Assembly (NCBI GenBank): GCA_965228485.1
Contig: OZ245819.1
Location: forward strand, 750,001-782,000
Direction of reading: 5' to 3'
DNA: 32,000 nucleotides
From: Candidatus Saccharimonadota bacterium
GTDB lineage: Bacteria; Patescibacteriota; Gracilibacteria; UBA4473
Positions 25,638-32,000 of the stretch are shown one piece after another (position 1 is the first letter of the stretch; each line of letters opens with the position of its first letter). A program made the translations under genes and the position numbers. The notes under the pieces are model-generated. The model saw only the letters and a program-made list of their open reading frames with translations, ran no database searches and was not told the origin of the DNA.

Positions 25638-25646
25638 TGCTATAAT
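25638..25646 (+). promoter_or_regulatory. Extended -10 box (TGcTATAAT), 8 nt before ATG 25655
   Basis: TGCTATAAT-GTGAAGAA-ATG. The same 10-mer TGCTATAATG recurs at 26834. Confidence 0.5.
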
Positions 25647-25654
25647 GTGAAGAA

Positions 25655-25963
25655 ATGAAAAAACTTTATAAACTTTCTTCAACCACTCCTTCAACTCACA
25701 TATTTCACGAAGGAAATCAGTTTGAACTTTGTTTTGATACTCCAGATGAAGATATCGAAAGCGTACAGTCCGAACTACAAAGACTTACAAAATTGTTGCA
25801 AAGCTATGATCGTTTAGATGATGAAATCGATGATCAGTGGGCTAGCCAGGCTCAAATCAGCGAGGCTCAAGAGGAACAACAACTCATTCTATCTCAAGCA
25901 GGTTTCACCATCAGAAGTGGACTATCGGATAAAATTAAAGAACTGGAAGACAAGTTAAAATAA
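25655..25963 (+). CDS. Hypothetical acidic, probably coiled-coil protein (102 aa)
   Basis: ATG ORF, D/E/Q-rich with heptad-like helical stretches. No family recognised. Confidence 0.55.
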   Translation: MKKLYKLSSTTPSTHIFHEGNQFELCFDTPDEDIESVQSELQRLTKLLQSYDRLDDEIDDQWASQAQISEAQEEQQLILSQAGFTIRSGLSDKIKELEDKLK

Positions 25964-26018
25964 TTTTGTTGGAATCAATTTTTCTCTAGAATGAAATTGA
26001 AATTAACCACAAAATTCT

Positions 26019-26774
26019 ATGGGATTCTTAAGTTTATTACCTATCGTAATCGTTTTGGCTGTAGCCTTTCTACGCCAAATTAATCAATACGAACGAGGCG
26101 TCATGTTCACCCTCGGTCGTTTTACAGGAATTAAAGAACCAGGATGGCGAATTGTGGTTCCAGTTTTTCAAAAACTACACAAAGTTGATATCCGAACCAA
26201 AGCCGTTGATGTTCCAGATCAAGAAGCTATTACCAAGGACAACATTCCGGTAAGAATCAATGCGGTTGTCTACTACAAAATCCAAGATGCTGGAAAAGCT
26301 GTTCTTGAAGTAGAAAATTTCTTTTGGGCTACATCTCAAGTAGCACAAACAACCATGCGTAATGCGGTTGGGGAAGTGACGCTTGATGAGCTGCTGCAAA
26401 AACGGGCAAAAATTGCAGAAGGAATTAAGGTCACAGTCGATGATATCACTGATCCTTGGGGAATTGATGTTGAATCGGTGGAACTGAAAGATGTTATTAT
26501 TCCTGAAAACCTAAAACGAACTATTTCCAAAGAAGCCGAAGCTGAACGAGAAAAGCGATCAGTCATTATTAAAGCTGAAGGAGAAAAGATTGCAGCCCGA
26601 AATATTACTGATGCCGCTCAAATGCTAGCAGAGGCTCCTGGAGCTCTTCACTTAAGAACGTTACAGTCAATTAATGACCTCAGTTCTGATCAGTCAAATA
26701 CGACTATCTGGATGGTTCCTGTAGAAGGATTTGCTGCGCTTAAAGGCGTTGCAGAAAAGTTGGGAATTAAATAG
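26019..26774 (+). CDS. SPFH/band 7 (stomatin-like) membrane protein
   Basis: An N-terminal TM helix is followed by the SPFH domain (ERGVMFTLGRFTG..., EAEREKRSVIIKAEGEK). Confidence 0.88.
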   Translation: MGFLSLLPIVIVLAVAFLRQINQYERGVMFTLGRFTGIKEPGWRIVVPVFQKLHKVDIRTKAVDVPDQEAITKDNIPVRINAVVYYKIQDAGKAVLEVENFFWATSQVAQTTMRNAVGEVTLDELLQKRAKIAEGIKVTVDDITDPWGIDVESVELKDVIIPENLKRTISKEAEAEREKRSVIIKAEGEKIAARNITDAAQMLAEAPGALHLRTLQSINDLSSDQSNTTIWMVPVEGFAALKGVAEKLGIK

Positions 26775-26803
26775 TTAAAACTATACAGAAAAAACATTAG
26801 AAA

Positions 26804-26831
26804 AGCGTTACAGTTGCGAACTGTAGCGCTT
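26804..26831 (+). terminator. Terminator-like hairpin after the SPFH gene
   Basis: AAGCGUUACAGU-UGCG-ACUGUAGCGCUU: a 12-bp stem (one G-U pair) with a tetraloop, followed by a short U-rich stretch. It abuts the next promoter. Confidence 0.5.
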
Positions 26832-26833
26832 TC

Positions 26834-26842
26834 TGCTATAAT
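26834..26842 (+). promoter_or_regulatory. Extended -10 box (TGcTATAAT), 8 nt before ATG 26851
   Basis: TGCTATAAT-GACCTGAT-ATG. Confidence 0.5.
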
Positions 26843-26850
26843 GACCTGAT

Positions 26851-28143
26851 ATGGATATTTCTAGTTTTTTTGACTCAGGTGAACACCTTTATCAATTACT
26901 CATAGCCGTAGCCCTTGGAGCTTTTGTGGGTTTACGTCGAGAACTCGAAGCTCAAAACAAAAAGCAAACAAGCTTCATGGGATTTCGAACCATGGCACTA
27001 ATTTCAACATTTGGTGTTATTTCAACATTTTTCCCAACACTTCCCTATCTTCCAGTTGTTTTCTTTTTTTCTCTACTGGTTTTTGTTGCTATCGCTTACA
27101 CCAATGGAGCCTTCAACCTCAAACTTGTTGGAATCACTTCTGAAATATCAGCTCTATTCATGTTCTGGATTGGAGTACTTATTGGCTATGAACAACAAGT
27201 TCTCGCGGTAATTCTTACTATTTTCATTGCGGGGTTAAATGGATTCAAGGATGAACTCCACAATTTTGCTGGGACTATTAGCCCAAAAGAGTGGTCTGGA
27301 GCCCTGCAACTACTAGCCATTTCTGGAGCCGTCCTCCCATTTCTCCCTCGAGAACCGATTGATCCAATGGGAATTCTCGTCCCGTTTAATGTTTGGTTTC
27401 TTGTTATTCTTATCTCAGGAATTGGATTTATGGGATATTTCTTCAGTAAGTATTTAGGAGTTAAAGGAGGGATTCCCCTAACAGCATTCTTAGGTTCTAT
27501 AGTTTCTAGTACGGCTGTAACCACCTCTCTGTCCGACCAGTCCAAAAGAGCCAATCTCACTGGAATTTTTACCGTAGGGATTTTAATCGCCGTTGCCACT
27601 ATGCAGATTCGAGTAGCTGCTGAAGTATTTTTGTGGGGAAGCCCTGAAATCATTCGAGCTGTTGCTCCTATTCCAATTGCTATGTCTCTGTCCGCTTTTG
27701 CGTGTGCTATTTATTTCTTTTACCAAACAGGGAAAAAGCATAAATTCTCTCAAACAAAATCAAAAACACCTGAGAGCAAAGTTTCGCTTCACAGTCCATT
27801 TGAAATTATGCCAGCTATTAAATTTGGAGGTGTTTTCATTCTGGTTCTCTTTGCCCTTGCCGTTGGGCAAAAATATCTAGGCGATTCTGGAGTTTATGCG
27901 GCTGCCTTCTTTTCTGGGTTTGTAGATGTAGATGCAATTGTCCTTTCCTCTTTAGAATCAGTGAAACTAGGAGAAATGGAACCCAAGCTCGCTCAAAACG
28001 CTATTATCATTGCTAGTATTGTTAACACTCTGGTAAAAATATTTTATGTAGCCATCCTGGGAAGTAAGAAGCTCGTTAAAAAAGTAAGTATTGGTATTTT
28101 GATCACGGTTGCAGCTGGATTGTGTGCGCATTTAATTTGGTAA
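26851..28143 (+). CDS. MgtC/SapB-family domain plus DUF4010-like multi-TM membrane protein
   Basis: 430 aa. The N-terminal block LLIAVALGAFVGLRRE...GFRTMALIS is MgtC-type. About 10 hydrophobic helices follow (the DUF4010-like C-terminal half is assigned from memory). Confidence 0.8.
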   Translation: MDISSFFDSGEHLYQLLIAVALGAFVGLRRELEAQNKKQTSFMGFRTMALISTFGVISTFFPTLPYLPVVFFFSLLVFVAIAYTNGAFNLKLVGITSEISALFMFWIGVLIGYEQQVLAVILTIFIAGLNGFKDELHNFAGTISPKEWSGALQLLAISGAVLPFLPREPIDPMGILVPFNVWFLVILISGIGFMGYFFSKYLGVKGGIPLTAFLGSIVSSTAVTTSLSDQSKRANLTGIFTVGILIAVATMQIRVAAEVFLWGSPEIIRAVAPIPIAMSLSAFACAIYFFYQTGKKHKFSQTKSKTPESKVSLHSPFEIMPAIKFGGVFILVLFALAVGQKYLGDSGVYAAAFFSGFVDVDAIVLSSLESVKLGEMEPKLAQNAIIIASIVNTLVKIFYVAILGSKKLVKKVSIGILITVAAGLCAHLIW

Positions 28144-28154
28144 GCAAAAAAACC

Positions 28155-28183
28155 TTGTCTAACTTTTAAATAAGGCTTATATT
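28155..28183 (+). promoter_or_regulatory. Candidate promoter of the ileS leader
   Basis: TTGTCT (28155-28160), 17 nt, TATATT (28178-28183). This would produce a leader of about 215 nt. Confidence 0.45.
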
Positions 28184-28346
28184 GCGGTTGTTCTTTTTAA
28201 GATTAAAAAATTCCCTTGAGCGACCATCAATCGTAAACCTTTCACAAAAAAGGGGGAAGTCGGAAGAAATCCTTCACAAGAAGGAAATTAGAACCGAACA
28301 GTTTTGAAGCATTGTTTGTCTGTTAACAAAACAAGAAAGTAAAATT

Positions 28347-28377
28347 CAGGTTGGCACCGTCCAAAACAGGACACCTG
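28347..28377 (+). promoter_or_regulatory. T-box antiterminator element
   Basis: CAGGU/ACCUG (5 bp), a 7-nt 5'-side bulge UGGCACC (28352-28358), GUCC/GGAC (4 bp) and loop AAAACA. The sequence GGUUGGCACCGUC resembles the T-box core GGGUGGNACCGCG (from memory). Confidence 0.6.
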
Positions 28378-28402
28378 TACGAAATAAATTTCGTATTTTT
28401 TT
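28378..28402 (+). terminator. Terminator- or sequestrator-like hairpin immediately before the ileS start
   Basis: UACGAAA-UAAA-UUUCGUA (7 bp) followed by U7. It ends 3 nt before the ATG at 28406. Confidence 0.45.
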
Positions 28403-28405
28403 GTA

Positions 28406-31400
28406 ATGAAACAACCTTTTTTTACCGCTCCCGATCCTAAAAAATCTGTAAATGAGACTGAACTAGAAGTCTTAAATTTTTGGAAAGACAGCAATGTTTT
28501 TCAAGAGTCTGTTGAAAGTCGAAATCCAAATAATGAATTTGTATTTTTTGACGGTCCACCATTTGCTACTGGAACTCCTCACTACGGACATATTTTGGCA
28601 GGAACAATAAAAGATGCCATTCCTCGTTATTGGACTATGAAAGGATACCGAGTGAATCGAAAATTTGGATGGGACTGTCATGGTCTTCCCGTAGAATATC
28701 AGGTTGAAAAAGAACAGGCCATCGGTGGAAAACCTGGGATCGAAGCTATGGGAGTGGATAAATTCAATGAAATGTGTCGATCCATTGTTCTTCGCTGTCG
28801 AGATGAATGGGAAGATACCGTTGATAGAATGGGCCGTTTTGTAGACTTCAAAAACGATTATAAAACCATGGATTCTGAGTTCATGGAATCTGTTTGGTGG
28901 GTCTTCCAATCTCTTTGGGACAAAGGGCTTATCTACGAAGGGGAAAAAGTCGTTCCCTATAGTCCAAAACTTGGAAGTCCATTATCCAATTTTGAAGCTA
29001 ATCTAAACTATAAAGACATCGATGATCCCGCGGTAACCGTTAAATTTGAAATCTTGGACGAGGTTACATCTAAACCCGTGAACGATAAAAAAACTTATTT
29101 TCTTGCCTGGACAACAACCCCTTGGACACTCCCAAGTAATATTGCTCTGGGCTTTGGAAAAAATCATCAGTACATCCTGTTAGAACATGAAGGCGCTTAC
29201 TATTGGATAGCGGAAGATGCGGCCACAAAGTACTTTCCTGAAGATTTTGAAATTTTAGATCGACGTCTTGGGCATGAGTTTTTAAACGTCTCTTACAAAC
29301 CTCTCTTTAATTTTTTTACTAATGGTGAAGAAAAACGATTTATCTGTCTTCACGACGATGGAGATTACGTAACCACAGAATCCGGGACGGGGATTGTACA
29401 CTTTGCCCCTTCCTTTGGAGCAGAAGATGCTGAGCTTTGCGCAAAATTTGATGTATTTGGAGTCAATCCTATTGATGAAAATGGTTACTTCACAGACCAA
29501 ACTCCGCCGTTAGAAGGAAAATATTTCCGAGCCGATGAAGAAATAAAAGGATCAAAAGAAGATAATGCTAACACGTGGGTAATGCAAGATCTAAAAGAAC
29601 GAGGATTACTCTTTAAGCGAGATCAAATTCGCCATCAGTACCCGTTTTGTTGGAGGACAGATTGTGCTCTGATGTATCGAGGAATTAAGACCTGGTTTGT
29701 GAAAGTCAGCCAGATAAAAGAAGACCTTATTGCTAATAACCAAAACATTAATTGGACACCTTCGCACCTAAAAGATGGACGATTTGGAAAAATTCTTGAA
29801 AGCGCTCCCGATTGGGCCATCTCTCGAAACCGATATTGGGGATGCCCACTGCCTATTTGGCGTTGTGATAAAACTGGAGCCATTGAAGTCATTGGTTCTA
29901 GGGAAGAACTAGAAGCTAAAACAGGACAAACCGTAGAAGATCTTCACAAACACTTTGTTGATGAGCTCACTTGGGAAAACAAAGAAACAGGTGGGACCAT
30001 GAGAAGAATCCCGGAGGTTCTTGATTGTTGGTTTGAGAGCGGAAGTATGCCCTATGCCAGCAGACATTTTCCATTTGAAAAAGAACATGATCAGTCTGCA
30101 CAAGACTTCCGAAGTGCCAACTTTATTTCCGAAGGGATGGACCAAACTCGAGGGTGGTTTTACACTCTTCACGTTCTAGGAACGGCTTTGTTTGGTAAAA
30201 ACATCTTCGATAATGTCATCTGTAGTGGAATAGTTTTGGCAGAAGACGGAGAAAAAATGTCAAAATCCAAAAAAAACTATCCTGACCCAGGACTAATCTT
30301 TGAAAAATATGGAGCGGATGCCATGCGTTTTTACCTTCTACAATCTCCTGTGGCAACAAAAGGAGAAAATCTAAAATTTTCAGAAAGGGAAGTTGAGGAA
30401 GTTCTAAAAAATATCATTCTTCCATTAAAAAATGCATACCAGTTTTTATCAATGTATGCCAATATCGATGGTTGGGCACCAACGAAGTTTACACTTATCC
30501 GACACGGAGAGGCTGAGCACAATGTAGCCCGCATCTATTCTGGGAAAGCCTCAAACCCACACCATTTAACCAAAGATGGGAAAGTTCAAGCTGAAAAATT
30601 AGCCCAGAACATTACCCCAGTAGACGTCCTTGTGGCTTCTCCACTAGTACGGACACAAGAGACCGCTAAAGTAATTGCCGAAGTACAAGGTTTTAACGAA
30701 AAAATTATAACCGACGAACGATTTAAAGAAGTAGACTTTGGTGAACTTGAAGGGAGGACCTACATTGGACCAGAGCAAAGATTAAAAGAACCTTCTACCG
30801 AGCCATTAGAATCAATTCAAAAACGTTCTCTGGCTGGACTCAAAGAATTAAAAGAAACTCATCAAGGTTCACACATCGGAATTGTAAGTCATGGAGGGAC
30901 AATACGTAGCCTCCAAACAGCTTTACACGGAATCACGAAACAAGAAAAACACTTGGAGTTTCCAGCGATTGGAACTGGACAATCTCAGATTGCATTCTGC
31001 CCACCTGAAAGTGAAAATGAACTGGATCAATGGATTATGTCTGAATTACAGACACTAATTGAAAACTACAAAACAGACTTCGATCAATATGATACCGAAG
31101 GCGCGTGTAGGGCAATCTTGCCATTTATTGATAAACTAAATAATTGGTACTTGCGACGAAGCCGAAAGCGATTCTGGGCTGAAGGCTTGGATGCCGATAA
31201 GCAAAATGCCTACGAAACTCTACACTATACACTCTTTACGGTGAGTAAAATTCTAGCACCAATTATGCCATTTTTTGCTGATTGGCTTTACCAGAAAACT
31301 TCTGGTGAACAAAGTCGATCTGTTCATGTAGATTTTGTCCCATTTTCTATAACATCATATAAAAATGAAGCATTAGAAACAAAAGTGGGACTTGCTCGAG

Positions 31401-32000
31401 ACATTGTTCGGCTTGCCGCTTCTATTCGATCTCGTCAAAAAATAAAATTAAGACAACCACTACAAAAACTGCAGTTTGCTCTTACTCAAGAGGCGGATCT
31501 AGATCTTGAAACTATTGCCAATGAAGCCAATGTAAAAAAAGTTGAAATCCTCCAATCAGTTGATGGTATTGCTCAACAAATTATTAAAGTTGATGCCCGG
31601 AAAGTAGGACGAAAATTTGGAAAGAAAGTCCAAACATTAATCCAAGCAGGAAAGTCTGGTGATTTCAGTATCCTGCCAGACGGAAAAGTCGAAATCATGG
31701 ACGAAGTACTCGAAGCTGATGAATACGAGTTAGCTTTTATTACCGAAGAAGGAGTAGAGGCCGACGCCACCCCAGATGTAGTTGTGATTCTCAATACTGA
31801 AATAACAGAAGACTTAGCCCAAGAAGGACTTAGTCGAGAAGTTATCAGAAGTATTCAAGACTTAAGAAAACAAACCGGATTTGAAATTAGTGATCGCATT
31901 GAAATTATATTTGAAACTAATGATGAAATGCTCAAAACGATGTTTGTAAGTTTTGGGGATAACATTGCTCAAGAAGTTCTTGCTACAAATATTACAGAAG
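28406..32000 (+). CDS. ileS: Isoleucine--tRNA ligase, type 2 (eukaryote-like), with an inserted histidine-phosphatase domain; 3' end beyond the window
   Basis: My manual translation is open from ATG 28406 (in-frame TAA at 28385) to the window end, 1198 codons. It is absent from the ORF track only because there is no stop in the window. Motifs: FVFFDGPPFATGTPHYGHILAGTIKD (HYGH at 28580-28591), WTTTPWTLPSN, GWDCHGLPVE, DWAISRNRYWG, KMSKS (30254-30268), NNWYLRRSRKRFW, and a C-terminal EGLSREVIRSIQDLRKQTGFEISDRI. Confidence 0.95.
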   Translation, partial: MKQPFFTAPDPKKSVNETELEVLNFWKDSNVFQESVESRNPNNEFVFFDGPPFATGTPHYGHILAGTIKDAIPRYWTMKGYRVNRKFGWDCHGLPVEYQVEKEQAIGGKPGIEAMGVDKFNEMCRSIVLRCRDEWEDTVDRMGRFVDFKNDYKTMDSEFMESVWWVFQSLWDKGLIYEGEKVVPYSPKLGSPLSNFEANLNYKDIDDPAVTVKFEILDEVTSKPVNDKKTYFLAWTTTPWTLPSNIALGFGKNHQYILLEHEGAYYWIAEDAATKYFPEDFEILDRRLGHEFLNVSYKPLFNFFTNGEEKRFICLHDDGDYVTTESGTGIVHFAPSFGAEDAELCAKFDVFGVNPIDENGYFTDQTPPLEGKYFRADEEIKGSKEDNANTWVMQDLKERGLLFKRDQIRHQYPFCWRTDCALMYRGIKTWFVKVSQIKEDLIANNQNINWTPSHLKDGRFGKILESAPDWAISRNRYWGCPLPIWRCDKTGAIEVIGSREELEAKTGQTVEDLHKHFVDELTWENKETGGTMRRIPEVLDCWFESGSMPYASRHFPFEKEHDQSAQDFRSANFISEGMDQTRGWFYTLHVLGTALFGKNIFDNVICSGIVLAEDGEKMSKSKKNYPDPGLIFEKYGADAMRFYLLQSPVATKGENLKFSEREVEEVLKNIILPLKNAYQFLSMYANIDGWAPTKFTLIRHGEAEHNVARIYSGKASNPHHLTKDGKVQAEKLAQNITPVDVLVASPLVRTQETAKVIAEVQGFNEKIITDERFKEVDFGELEGRTYIGPEQRLKEPSTEPLESIQKRSLAGLKELKETHQGSHIGIVSHGGTIRSLQTALHGITKQEKHLEFPAIGTGQSQIAFCPPESENELDQWIMSELQTLIENYKTDFDQYDTEGACRAILPFIDKLNNWYLRRSRKRFWAEGLDADKQNAYETLHYTLFTVSKILAPIMPFFADWLYQKTSGEQSRSVHVDFVPFSITSYKNEALETKVGLARDIVRLAASIRSRQKIKLRQPLQKLQFALTQEADLDLETIANEANVKKVEILQSVDGIAQQIIKVDARKVGRKFGKKVQTLIQAGKSGDFSILPDGKVEIMDEVLEADEYELAFITEEGVEADATPDVVVILNTEITEDLAQEGLSREVIRSIQDLRKQTGFEISDRIEIIFETNDEMLKTMFVSFGDNIAQEVLATNITE
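30485..31006 (+). other. Histidine-phosphatase (PGAM/CobC/SixA superfamily) domain inserted in IleRS (residues about 694-867)
   Basis: KFTLIRHGEAEHN (RHG motif), LVASPLVRTQETAKVIA (second catalytic Arg), EVDFGELEGRT (conserved Glu block) and IGIVSHGGTIRSL (C-terminal catalytic His). The flanks are the IleRS blocks ...NAYQFLSMYANIDGWAPT and ENELDQWIMSELQTLIENY... Confidence 0.8.

Larger units (their letters stand above)
28190..28402 (+). promoter_or_regulatory. T-box-like riboswitch leader upstream of ileS (atypical)
   Basis: This is the longest non-coding gap in the window. It contains a canonical antiterminator fold (28347-28377) and a terminator-like hairpin (28378-28402). A candidate specifier hairpin GCGA-CCAUCAA-UCGU (28220-28234) displays AUC-A. 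There is also a strong hairpin UCCUUC-ACAA-GAAGGA (28270-28285) and an imperfect hairpin centred on GUUAAC (about 28316-28336). Confidence 0.55.

Noticed and set aside
25987-26018. A TAGAAT box plus the direct repeat GAAATTGAAATT in the 26-nt leader of the SPFH gene, as a possible regulatory element.
   Set aside because: The repeat is too short and there is no supporting structure or conservation information. It is noted only as an exception to the leaderless pattern.
1133-27880. Short ORFs nested inside or antisense to larger genes. They are 1133..1324, 3517..3783, 4800..5180, 7502..7711, 10467..10685, 11703..11909, 13285..13686 (three), 15387..15611, 16111..16299, 16895..17385 (three), 17696..17926, 19375..19668, 21290..21841 (two), 22372..22734, 23644..24435 (three), 24924..25112, 25161..25388, 26175..26566 (two) and 27011..27880 (three).
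   Set aside because: Each overlaps a longer ORF with clear family signatures. Their products are low-complexity or Ser/Leu/Phe-rich, as expected from reading AT-rich genes in the wrong frame or strand.
28266-28285. Alternative T-box specifier candidate GAA-AUC-C at 28266-28272.
   Set aside because: The U and C of this AUC are paired in the perfect 6-bp hairpin UCCUUC-ACAA-GAAGGA. The following base is C rather than the conserved purine. The loop-displayed AUC-A at 28226-28229 is the better candidate.
28144-28405. Possibility that the long ileS-upstream gap hides a tRNA or another small RNA gene.
   Set aside because: I could not fold a cloverleaf (no acceptor/T-arm pairing, no GTTC-type T-loop). 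The structures present fit a cis-acting leader better.
28288-31794. Seven minus-strand ORFs in the track (28288..28494, 28472..28909, 29282..29500, 29635..29892, 29909..30172, 30331..30534, 31573..31794) are the only ORFs listed for the last 3.6 kb.
   Set aside because: All are antisense to a continuous plus-strand frame encoding an unmistakable IleRS. Their translations are low-complexity with no family resemblance. They are artefacts of the track omitting ORFs that lack a stop within the window.
28406-32000. Suspicion that the absence of a plus-strand ORF in the track meant an alternative genetic code (UGA sense) or a broken ileS.
   Set aside because: My manual translation from ATG 28406 found no TAA, TAG or TGA in frame up to position 32000. 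The gene simply runs off the window edge.
1-32000. Search for mobile elements, prophage genes, CRISPR repeats, toxin-antitoxin pairs or known defence-system signatures (nucleases, STAND/AAA ATPases, reverse transcriptases, Cas-like genes).
   Set aside because: No transposase, integrase or recombinase motifs were recognised. There were no terminal inverted repeats, no regularly spaced direct repeats and no defence-type domain combinations. The unusual content of this window appears to lie in ileS and its leader rather than in an accessory island.

Overview
AT-rich, very gene-dense bacterial chromosomal window with about 36 protein genes. Intergenic gaps are mostly under 100 bp, and the standard genetic code keeps every conserved gene intact. 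Housekeeping genes are cysS, gltX, lepA, a DEAD-box helicase and a near-complete ileS. The ileS ORF runs off the 3' edge, so it is missing from the supplied ORF track. Envelope and metal-handling genes include a DUF1573-like lipoprotein, DUF305, HupE/UreJ, a GH3 hydrolase, SPFH and MgtC/DUF4010. There is also a three-gene type IV pilin-like cluster, a carbamoyltransferase membrane module and small regulators (an HxlR fragment and TetR). I recognised no rRNA, tRNA, CRISPR array, transposase, integrase or known defence system. Four observations stand out. (1) ileS carries an apparently intact histidine-phosphatase (PGAM/CobC-type) domain, inserted in frame between the KMSKS catalytic core and the anticodon-binding domain. 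(2) The 262-bp region upstream of ileS folds into a textbook T-box antiterminator (7-nt UGGCACC bulge between two helices) followed by a terminator-like hairpin, so it is probably an atypical T-box leader. (3) At least nine genes have a -10 box 6-8 nt upstream of the ATG, which implies leaderless mRNAs. (4) TGA is almost unused as a stop (2 of 32) and both times is followed immediately by a second in-frame stop. Taxonomy cannot be fixed from this window; the features would fit an uncultivated small-genome lineage, but that is a guess. Family names marked 'from memory' were not checked against any database.
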